Notes under the pieces: generated by a model | What the model was told of the DNA's origin: nothing | Seen by the model: the letters and a program-made list of their open reading frames with translations, nothing else | The model's database searches: none | Program-made: the position numbers and the translations under genes | DNA from: an uncultured Gammaproteobacteria bacterium | GTDB lineage: Bacteria; Patescibacteriota; Patescibacteriia; Patescibacteriales; JAKAJF01 | Reading direction: 5' to 3' | Assembly (NCBI GenBank): GCA_964360445.1 | Contig: CAYHWE010000002.1 | Location: 1-56,391, forward strand | Length of the DNA: 56,391 nucleotides | Part shown: positions 28,518-35,825 of the stretch, one piece after another | How the letters are laid out: each line of letters begins with the position of its first letter | Numbering within the stretch: position 1 is the stretch's first letter

Positions 28518-29891
28518 TTATCTTCCGCTTCTGGATAAAACCGTAGAAATAGTTTTTAAGATTATGGACAGGTCAAGATAAATAGATCTGTTCTTTATAT
28601 AGTACAGGTCGTATTGCAATTTTTTCATGCTGTCTTCGCGGGAAGGGGAGTGGTATTCGCCGGAGATCTGGTCCCAGCCGGTAAGTCCCGGCTTCACCAA
28701 CATCCTTTCTTTGTAGAATGGTATGGCTGTTTTCAGCCCTTCGATATATTCCGGCCTTTCCGGGCGCGGACCGACAAAGCTCATTTCTCCCTTTAATATG
28801 TTTATTGCCTGCGGGATCTCATCGATGCGGCTTTTTCTTAAGAATGAACCGAATCTGGTTACGCGCGCGTCATTTTCTTTTGTTGGCGCGAAGTCGTTAT
28901 CCGCTATCGTCATCGTGCGGAATTTCAGTATCTTGAAAGGTTTATTATTTTGTCCGGCCCTGGTCTGCCTGAAAAATACAGGTCCTTTACTTTCTGACCT
29001 GATGATTATCCCGATAATCGGCCAAAGAGGAAGTGTGATCATGAGAATCAAGGAAGCTAATGCCAGATCGTAGATCCTTTTGATAAAATCAAAAATATTC
29101 TTATTGCCCTCGCTTAAATTTTCCAAAAACCACATCTGGTTTATTGTTTCAATCGGCACCCTGCCGGTTATATTCTCATAAAAATTAGGGAAACTGACGT
29201 ATGATATTTTCAGGGGCAGGCAGTTGAAAAGCATAGAGCGCAGTTCCGGAGATTCATGCGGATTAGCGTTCAGCACGATTGTCATGATATTTTCTTCTGA
29301 AATCCTTTCGGCAAGTCCGTCCATGCCGTTGGCTACAGGGATGCCGTTGATTTCATTTTCCATTTTTTCATCCTTGTCATTGATGATAAAAGAAATGCTG
29401 TATCCCAGATGCGCTTTGTTTTCAATCTCCTTGATCAGTTTTTTTGTCTGATCATCCAATCCGATGATGGCGATATTCTCTTTCGGCAGATAAGATTGAA
29501 GCAGCCAATTGAAGCTCCGGCGCCACAGGATGAACAGCATATAGAAAATAAAAACGTAGATCAGGAGATTTGTTTTTGGCGAAATCCCGATATTCGGATC
29601 GGCGTAAAAAAAGGCGAGAGAAAAAAGAATGGCCGCCAAAACGCTTTTGTTGGTGAGGCGGGCGAAATTCTTGTTATTGACGACAGAGCTCAGGTTGTAT
29701 AGATTGCCCAAATAAAATATCACGATCCAGGCCATGAATACGAAAGTAAACGGTCCGATGTGGCTTTCCCAAAGCGTCTTGGCCGGTATCTCAAGATATC
29801 TGAGGGTCAAAGTCAGGAAAAGCGATAAGTATAGGATCGCGATATCGCCCAAAAATAAAAAAACTTTCTTTATTTGCGCCGATTTTTTCAT
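28518..29891 (-). CDS. Polyprenyl-phosphate phosphosugar transferase (WbaP/EpsL 'bacterial sugar transferase' family), the priming enzyme
   Basis: The C-terminal domain has PLWPIIGIIIRSESKGPVFFRQTRAGQNNKPFKILKFRTM, DEIPQ, MSFVGPRPERPE and KPGLTGWDQ. I trimmed the start to ATG 29891 (MKKSAQIKK), because the longer ORF would overlap holB. Confidence 0.8.
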   Translation of the reverse strand: MKKSAQIKKVFLFLGDIAILYLSLFLTLTLRYLEIPAKTLWESHIGPFTFVFMAWIVIFYLGNLYNLSSVVNNKNFARLTNKSVLAAILFSLAFFYADPNIGISPKTNLLIYVFIFYMLFILWRRSFNWLLQSYLPKENIAIIGLDDQTKKLIKEIENKAHLGYSISFIINDKDEKMENEINGIPVANGMDGLAERISEENIMTIVLNANPHESPELRSMLFNCLPLKISYVSFPNFYENITGRVPIETINQMWFLENLSEGNKNIFDFIKRIYDLALASLILMITLPLWPIIGIIIRSESKGPVFFRQTRAGQNNKPFKILKFRTMTIADNDFAPTKENDARVTRFGSFLRKSRIDEIPQAINILKGEMSFVGPRPERPEYIEGLKTAIPFYKERMLVKPGLTGWDQISGEYHSPSREDSMKKLQYDLYYIKNRSIYLDLSIILKTISTVLSRSGR

Positions 29892-29959
29892 AACTATACT
29901 ATAATAATTTTTTCCATAAAAATCAAGTTTTCCCGTGTTTGCCAAGGTTAAAATTCTCA

Positions 29960-29988
29960 TTGCCTTTCTTGTCCGTTGTTGATATACT
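29960..29988 (+). promoter_or_regulatory. Sigma70-like promoter placing the TSS at or next to the holB ATG (leaderless)
   Basis: TTGCCT (29960-29965), a 17-nt spacer, then TATACT (29983-29988). The ATG at 29995 is 6 nt after the -10 element. Confidence 0.4.
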
Positions 29989-29994
29989 ATAAAC

Positions 29995-31017
29995 ATGAAA
30001 AATACCGGTTGGCCGTTGGTCGGCAATGAACATATATCCGCGTTTCTTTCGAAAAGCATAAAAAACAAAAAGATTGCCGGATCTTATGTTTTTTGCGGTC
30101 CGGAAAATTTAGGCAAGGATATCGCCGCGGTTTATTTTGCCAAAGTTTTATCATGCCAGAACAGGAAAGAAGACGCGCCTTGCGATAAATGCGCGTCCTG
30201 CCGGAAATTCAATGTGAATAAAGGCGATTCCCAAACCATGCATAGCGATCTGTATTTTTTGGAAAAAGATGATGAGAAAAAAAATATTTCCATCGAGCAG
30301 GTAAGAGGCCTCATTTCCAGGCTGAGCATGAGCTCTTTCCTGAATTCTTATAAGATCGGCATAATTTACGAAGCTCATTCTTTGAGCACGGAAGCGGCCA
30401 ATGCCCTGCTTAAGACTTTGGAGGAGCCGAGAAAAAATGTCGTTGTGATCCTGATAACCCCGAAGATCGAATCTTTGCCGCAGACAATCGTTTCCCGCAG
30501 CCAGATACTGAAGTTCATCCCGGTGCAAGCCGATAAGATCCATGATTATTTGGTGGAAAAATTTGAGATTACCAGGAGCGCTGCCAAGAATTTCGCACAT
30601 CTTAGCATGGGCCGTCCGATGCTGGCGTTAAAATTTTTAGAAGACAAGGAATTCTACGACGATTATATGAAGAAAGTTAAAATTTTTATCGATTTTTTCG
30701 ATAAAGGCATAAATGATCGTTTTGAGCTTGCCGGCGGATTGAGCAATGAGAAAAAAAGTAACCAAGAAAATGTCGCTCAGATTTTGAAAATCATAAAGAT
30801 CTGGGAGAGCCTGGTCAGGGATCTGTTGCTCTTGGAACTGGAACATAATGATCTTATCAGCAACGAGATCGTGCGCGCCGACCTTTTAAGGATCAGGGAT
30901 AAATGCAGGACGGGCCGATTATTGAAAATTTCCGCCAGCTTGCAGCAGGCCGAAAGATACCTTCTTGCAAATGTGAATCCGAAATTGGTTCTGGATCAGA
31001 TTGTGGTTAATATGTAA
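29995..31017 (+). CDS. holB: DNA polymerase III delta' subunit
   Basis: GSYVFCGPENLGKD (a degenerate P-loop), a CDKCASCRKF zinc module, and EAANALLKTLEEPRKNVVVILIT. Confidence 0.75.
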   Translation: MKNTGWPLVGNEHISAFLSKSIKNKKIAGSYVFCGPENLGKDIAAVYFAKVLSCQNRKEDAPCDKCASCRKFNVNKGDSQTMHSDLYFLEKDDEKKNISIEQVRGLISRLSMSSFLNSYKIGIIYEAHSLSTEAANALLKTLEEPRKNVVVILITPKIESLPQTIVSRSQILKFIPVQADKIHDYLVEKFEITRSAAKNFAHLSMGRPMLALKFLEDKEFYDDYMKKVKIFIDFFDKGINDRFELAGGLSNEKKSNQENVAQILKIIKIWESLVRDLLLLELEHNDLISNEIVRADLLRIRDKCRTGRLLKISASLQQAERYLLANVNPKLVLDQIVVNM

Positions 31018-31064
31018 TATAATCCGAATCTACAAATTAGATTATTTTTTCTAATTTCAAACAT

Positions 31065-32141
31065 ATGCTCAAAAACAAAATTTCAATTTCCGTCTTGCTG
31101 ATAGCATTATCCGTCGCTGTTTCCGGATGCGCCATAAAGGTCAATACCGGAGACGGCAATAGCGATAGCGATGGCGGAATGTTCGTGTCCGCGAATAAGG
31201 GCGATTCCTGGAGTCAGAAAGTCCTTATCCCGACAACATCGGGCGAACCGAAAAGTCTGGGCGGAGTTGACGTCAACGCTTTAAGATTTGATCCGAGCGA
31301 CAACAAAGCTATTTATTTGGGCAGCAAGGATAACGGCCTGTTTTATACTTATGACGGAGGAAGCAATTGGAATATAGCCGAGAGCCTAGGACGTATCAAT
31401 ATTATTGACGTTGCCGTTGACCCTGCCGATAAATGCGTGATTTATGCCGCTTCAGGCAACAAGGTTTTCAAGTCAAAGGATTGCAGCCGTTCCTGGGCGC
31501 AGGTTTATTTTGACAATGACGTGAAAGTAACGGTAAATACCATAGCCATTGATCATTATGACAGCAATAATGTCTATATCGGCTTGTCCAGAGGAGAAGC
31601 GCTTAAAAGTTCGGACAAAGGTAATAGCTGGAATGTGCTGAAAAGATTCGATAACAAGGTTGAAGAGATTGTGATAAATCCGACAGACAGCAGGACTATG
31701 TTTGCCGGTATATCGGGCAAGGGCGTGTTCCGCACTAATGATTCCGGAAAATCATGGATTGATCTCAGCGATAATTTGAAGGATTTCAAGGACAGCAACA
31801 AATTCAGGGATTTTGCGGTATCGCCGAAAGAATCAAATCTGATCATATTGGCAAATGATTACGGCCTGATAAGGTCGTCGGATAACGGAGATACTTGGTC
31901 AAAAATAGAGTTGATTACTCCGGAGAAAGAAGCTATAATAAACGCTGTGGCTCTGAATCCCCAGAATGCCGATGAAGTCTACTATATAACCAATACGACA
32001 TTTTACAGATCGCTTGACGGAGGAAAGAACTGGACGACCAAAAAATTGCTCACCAGCAGGGTCGGAAGCGATTTATCGGTTGACCCTAAGGACGGCAATC
32101 TGATTTATCTGGGGGTTAAAACGGTAAAAAGTAAATTTTGA
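31065..32141 (+). CDS. Lipoprotein with seven BNR/Asp-box repeats (beta-propeller, Ycf48/sortilin-like)
   Basis: Lipobox AVSGC. Repeats of the form SxDxGxxW: NKGDSWS, YDGGSNWN, SKDCSRSWA, SSDKGNSWN, TNDSGKSWI, SSDNGDTWS, SLDGGKNWT. Confidence 0.65.
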   Translation: MLKNKISISVLLIALSVAVSGCAIKVNTGDGNSDSDGGMFVSANKGDSWSQKVLIPTTSGEPKSLGGVDVNALRFDPSDNKAIYLGSKDNGLFYTYDGGSNWNIAESLGRINIIDVAVDPADKCVIYAASGNKVFKSKDCSRSWAQVYFDNDVKVTVNTIAIDHYDSNNVYIGLSRGEALKSSDKGNSWNVLKRFDNKVEEIVINPTDSRTMFAGISGKGVFRTNDSGKSWIDLSDNLKDFKDSNKFRDFAVSPKESNLIILANDYGLIRSSDNGDTWSKIELITPEKEAIINAVALNPQNADEVYYITNTTFYRSLDGGKNWTTKKLLTSRVGSDLSVDPKDGNLIYLGVKTVKSKF

Positions 32142-32143
32142 AT

Positions 32144-32653
32144 ATGAAGAAAAAGAGGGGGTTTACATTGATTGAATTGCTTGTGATCATTTCAATTATC
32201 GGTTTTTTGGCGGTTCTGGCTATTGTCAGTCTGAAAACCACAAGGGCAAAAGCTCGCGACGCAAGAAGAATGGCCGACATAAAGCAGATACAGACGGCGC
32301 TGGAAACATATTATGATGATTTTAACGCATATCCTCCCGGGGGCGCTCCTGACGGAGGAGAGAATGATGCTTATGGAGGGTGGGATGGAAGCGAGCATGA
32401 TGGAAATGGGAATAGTAAATATTTTATAGAAAGTCTGGAAGGATTGAATCCGTTGGGGAAGGTATATATGGCAAAAGTCCCGAGAGACCCTAAGGGCGGA
32501 GCATATGAATATGGGTATTACAGCTATAATACTAATCCCGGATCTTCATGCAGATACAAGCTGATGACGCGGACCGAAACGCAGTCAGGGAACCTGGCGC
32601 CCAGTTGTCCTGGGTGGAATCCAGGCGGCGAATATTATGAGGTTAGAAACTAA
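32144..32653 (+). CDS. Type IV pilin / T2SS pseudopilin-like protein
   Basis: Prepilin leader and methylation motif KKKRGFTLIELLVIISIIGFLA. I chose the ATG at 32144 over the TTG at 32138. Confidence 0.75.
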   Translation: MKKKRGFTLIELLVIISIIGFLAVLAIVSLKTTRAKARDARRMADIKQIQTALETYYDDFNAYPPGGAPDGGENDAYGGWDGSEHDGNGNSKYFIESLEGLNPLGKVYMAKVPRDPKGGAYEYGYYSYNTNPGSSCRYKLMTRTETQSGNLAPSCPGWNPGGEYYEVRN

Positions 32654-32662
32654 TTTAAACAT

Positions 32663-33217
32663 ATGAATAAATACGTACAAGCGAAGCAAGGAGAGTTCCA
32701 GAAAGTTTTAGAATTTTTCAGGAAGGATATTTCTGTCCTGAGGACGGGAAGAGCGAATCCGTCTGTTTTGGACGGCATCTTAGTCGATGCCTACGGATCA
32801 AAAACGCCATTGAGCGGAGTCGGCAGCATAAATGTTTCCGATGCCCGCAGCATGGTGATTTCACCATGGGACAAGAGCGTTTTAAAAGATATTGAAAAGG
32901 CGATTGTAGAAGCTAATCTCGGCTTCGGCGTCGTGAATGAAGGCGATAAGATCCGTCTGACCCTGCCTTTGATGACAGAAGAAAACAGACGCGATCTGGT
33001 CAGGAAATTGAATGAAAAGATGGAGGGATCCCGTGTGAATCTGAGAAAAGTGAGGGATGAGATCAAAGATGACATAGAAAAAGCGGAAGGGGATAAGGAA
33101 ATAAGCGAAGATGATAAATTCAGGTTCCTGAAGGAGTTGGACGAAGAAGTAAAGAGTAAGAACGATGAAGTCAAGAATATAAGAGATAAGAAAGAAGAAG
33201 ATGTAATGACGATATAA
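32663..33217 (+). CDS. frr: Ribosome recycling factor
   Basis: 184 aa with LRTGRANPSVLDGILVDAYG and ISPWD...IEKAI..ANLG. Confidence 0.9.
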   Translation: MNKYVQAKQGEFQKVLEFFRKDISVLRTGRANPSVLDGILVDAYGSKTPLSGVGSINVSDARSMVISPWDKSVLKDIEKAIVEANLGFGVVNEGDKIRLTLPLMTEENRRDLVRKLNEKMEGSRVNLRKVRDEIKDDIEKAEGDKEISEDDKFRFLKELDEEVKSKNDEVKNIRDKKEEDVMTI

Positions 33218-33218
33218 T

Positions 33219-34376
33219 ATGTTAACAATAATCGTATTCATAATAATTTTGAGCTTGCTGGTGTTTGTCCATGAAGTCGGGCATTTTGTTGTAGCGAGAA
33301 AATTAGGGGTGAAGGCGGAGGAGTTCGGTCTGGGGTTCCCTCCGAGAGCTTTCGGTTTTTATAAGAACACGGAAGGGAAATGGAAATTTGTTTTTGGCGG
33401 CAAAGAAGCGGAAAATGCGGCTGATACTGTTTATTCGGTAAATTGGATACCGTTGGGAGGTTTCGTAAAAATCAAGGGTGAAAATGGCGACAACAGCGAT
33501 CCGGACAGCTTTATAAATAAAAAGATCTGGCAGAGAGCGTCCATCCTTGCTGCCGGCGTTTCTATGAATATGATCCTTGCTGCCGCGCTCCTTTCGGCCG
33601 GTTTTATGATCGGATTGCCTCAGGCTTTAGATGGAGTCAATAAGAAGGCGGAAATAACAGATAAGAGGATCCAGGTGCTTGAAGTATTGCCTGAGTCGCC
33701 GGCGGCAAAGTCGGGATTAAAATTCGGCGACACGATCATAAGCGTGGATAATAATGAATTTACAAGCAATTCCGGATTGCAGAGTTTTGTGAATGGAAAA
33801 GTCGATCAGGAATTGGAATATAAGATAAAAAGAGGAGATGAAGAAAAAGTTTTTAAAGTTACGCCGGAGATCATGAAGGAAACCGGCAGGGGCGGGATAG
33901 GGATCGCTATCACTGAAACAGGAACGGTCAGATATCCTTGGTATATGGCGGTCTGGGAGGGCGTTAAGACATCCGTTATACTGACTTGGCTTATCCTTGC
34001 CGCTTTTTATGAGCTTTTAAAAAATCTGATCTTGGGCCATGGCGTTACCGCCGATATTGCCGGGCCGGTCGGCATCGCGACGATGACCGGACAGGCCGCG
34101 CGCATGGGATTGGTCTATGTGATCCAGTTTACAGCCCTGCTTTCCATCAATCTGGCCATAGTGAACTTCTTGCCGATTCCGGCCTTGGACGGAGGCAGGA
34201 TATTGTTCCTGATCATAGAAAAAATCAAACATAGGCCGGTCAGGAGGGAATTGGAAGCCCTGCTTCATAATATCGGCTTTATATTATTAATGGCATTGGT
34301 TGCGCTTGTGACATTCAGGGATATAATGAAACTGGGGGATAAATTCAAGATGATTTTTGAAAAAATAATTAACTAA
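33219..34376 (+). CDS. rseP: RIP metalloprotease RseP (M50 site-2 protease with a PDZ domain)
   Basis: HEVGHFVVARKLGV, PDZ segment PAAKSGLKFGDTIISVD, and NFLPIPALDGG. Confidence 0.85.
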   Translation: MLTIIVFIIILSLLVFVHEVGHFVVARKLGVKAEEFGLGFPPRAFGFYKNTEGKWKFVFGGKEAENAADTVYSVNWIPLGGFVKIKGENGDNSDPDSFINKKIWQRASILAAGVSMNMILAAALLSAGFMIGLPQALDGVNKKAEITDKRIQVLEVLPESPAAKSGLKFGDTIISVDNNEFTSNSGLQSFVNGKVDQELEYKIKRGDEEKVFKVTPEIMKETGRGGIGIAITETGTVRYPWYMAVWEGVKTSVILTWLILAAFYELLKNLILGHGVTADIAGPVGIATMTGQAARMGLVYVIQFTALLSINLAIVNFLPIPALDGGRILFLIIEKIKHRPVRRELEALLHNIGFILLMALVALVTFRDIMKLGDKFKMIFEKIIN

Positions 34377-34385
34377 TCCAAATAT

Positions 34386-34697
34386 ATGAATCTACAAATC
34401 AAGGCAAAAAATATCGAGCTGACAGAAGAGATAAAAGAATATGCGCAGAAGAAGATGGACGCGCTTGAAAAATATCTTGGCGATTTCCCGGTCATCAACG
34501 CCGACTTCGAAGTTGAAAAGACAACCAATCATCATCAGAAAGGAGAATTATACAGAGCAGAGCTGAATTTATCAGTCCCGCAGGAATTATTAAGAGTCGA
34601 AAAGACGGGCGTGGATATCCACGAAGCTATCGATTCGGTCAGGGATCATATGGAAATAGTGATAAATAAATACAGGGAAAAGAGAAAAGGATTATAA
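34386..34697 (+). CDS. hpf: Ribosome hibernation promoting factor (short HPF/RaiA)
   Basis: MNLQIKAKNIELTEEIKEYAQKKMDALEKYL...; 103 aa. Confidence 0.8.
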   Translation: MNLQIKAKNIELTEEIKEYAQKKMDALEKYLGDFPVINADFEVEKTTNHHQKGELYRAELNLSVPQELLRVEKTGVDIHEAIDSVRDHMEIVINKYREKRKGL

Positions 34698-34735
34698 AAA
34701 TAACAAGGCTGCTTATCGCGGCCTTTTCATATAGA

Positions 34736-34764
34736 TTGACAGATCGGGGGTTTTGTCGTATTTT
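34736..34764 (+). promoter_or_regulatory. Candidate promoter
   Basis: TTGACA, a 17-nt spacer, then TATTTT. This is followed by the SD GGAGGG and ATG 34807. Confidence 0.35.
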
Positions 34765-34806
34765 GTAATTCTTATCGGTCCTTTTAACAATTTACGGAGG
34801 GCAAAA

Positions 34807-35634
34807 ATGGAAAGAAGAAGGTGGCCGAGGACTATTCTTCTGCTTTGTTTCTGCTTGATCGCGTTGGTGTATTTTTCTTTAAAGTTCTCAGAAAGGGAGA
34901 GGAGGGATCATGAATTTAACGCGGTGGAGATGGCGTATAAAAACGGCTTTAACGAGCTGGTAAAAAAAACACCGCAAAACAAGAAAGTATCCAAACAGTT
35001 GAAGCAGCTGCAGGAAGTCCGTGACAGTAAGCTGCGCTGGTATGACGAAAATGATTTTGAAAAGCAGAAAGAGGCCCTGAACAGAGGCGAGATAATCCTG
35101 GCGGTGATGGTTCCGCCTGAAATTGAGACATCGGAGCTTTTAAGTTATTCTCAGGGCATTATGTTCATCAAGCCTGAGCCTATAACTGAGGAGTGGGCCG
35201 GAATAGCTATGGCCGGCGTCCTTATCGTGGCTGCGGACGAGAGTGCTCCCGACGACCTGAAAGACGCCAATTTTTTTCTTTTGAGCAGGGCTGTGATAGA
35301 CGAATTCGCCGATGACAGCCTTGATGGCGAGATCGAAAAAATAATTTCAAAGTTCGGCCTAGCCTCGGTTGAAGATGCGCTGTCTTTTAGCGTCAATGAG
35401 CAATTTTTGGGCGCCCTGGAGGAGTTGGATTCCGCAATAATGGAAAAACCAGCTTTAAGCCGGGGGGAACTGGAATTAAGATATGATTTTTATATTACGG
35501 CTCTCTGCTTCTATTTTGAAGAAAAAGAAGCAGGCAATCAGCTCGCGGCGTTTTTGGAGGCCAGGAGCAAGATAGATTCCTTCGTAGAACAGATGCGCAA
35601 GTCCTTGCGCAAACAAAACCGGATGTCTGCATGA
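34807..35634 (+). CDS. Hypothetical N-terminally membrane-anchored acidic protein
   Basis: SD GGAGGG lies 6 nt before ATG 34807, and the track start at 34753 is a TTG inside the promoter. One TM helix (TILLLCFCLIALVYF). I recognise no family. Confidence 0.45.
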   Translation: MERRRWPRTILLLCFCLIALVYFSLKFSERERRDHEFNAVEMAYKNGFNELVKKTPQNKKVSKQLKQLQEVRDSKLRWYDENDFEKQKEALNRGEIILAVMVPPEIETSELLSYSQGIMFIKPEPITEEWAGIAMAGVLIVAADESAPDDLKDANFFLLSRAVIDEFADDSLDGEIEKIISKFGLASVEDALSFSVNEQFLGALEELDSAIMEKPALSRGELELRYDFYITALCFYFEEKEAGNQLAAFLEARSKIDSFVEQMRKSLRKQNRMSA

Positions 35635-35660
35635 ATCCGGTTCTTTTATTTGCTTTTTTC
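35617..35660 (+). terminator. Rho-independent terminator
   Basis: AACCGGAT-N10-ATCCGGTT followed by cttttatttgctttttt. It overlaps the stop codon. Confidence 0.55.
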
Positions 35661-35685
35661 AGCGGAAAAATATATACTGATTATG

Positions 35686-35813
35686 CAATTTTCAATTTCC
35701 AATTCCCAATTTTCAAGTTATATTGTTTCTGAGTTTCAGTTAAGATTAGCTTAAAAATAAAAAATTTGAGCATTGGATATTGTTTAGAAATTAAAAATTA
35801 AAAATTAGAAATT
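35686..35813. repeat. AT-rich structured intergenic repeat, copy 1 (the same family as 54813..54903)
   Basis: 35765-35813 (tttgagcattggatattgtttagaaattaaaaattaaaaattagaaatt) aligns with 54855-54903 at about 42/49 positions. The upstream part shares attttcaatttccaat. Confidence 0.7.
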
Positions 35814-35825
35814 TTATCATAAATT

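Noticed and set aside
2221-29891. Whether the glycan island hides a defence system, toxin, transposase or integrase that would mark it as a mobile island.
   Set aside because: Every ORF of 200 aa or more has a glycan-related signature. I recognised no recombinase, nuclease, ATPase-defence or toxin motifs, and no flanking tRNA or direct repeats.
29892-30068. N-terminal 59-aa extension of the sugar-phosphotransferase ORF (track 28518..30068).
   Set aside because: It would overlap the holB start and its promoter. The internal ATG at 29891 (MKKSAQIKK, followed by a TM helix) gives a normal WbaP/EpsL-type N-terminus.
32139-32141. Alternative genetic code (UGA recoded as Gly, as in some CPR lineages).
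   Set aside because: Genes with clear family boundaries terminate at TGA (for example 32139-32141, and the ATGA-coupled stops at 11314-11316 and 14232-14234), and long ORFs read through cleanly in code 11.
35686-35813. Possibility that the AT-rich repeats (35686, 47930, 54813) or the palindromic elements form a CRISPR array.
   Set aside because: The copies are single and tens of kb apart. There is no regular repeat-spacer periodicity and there are no cas genes.
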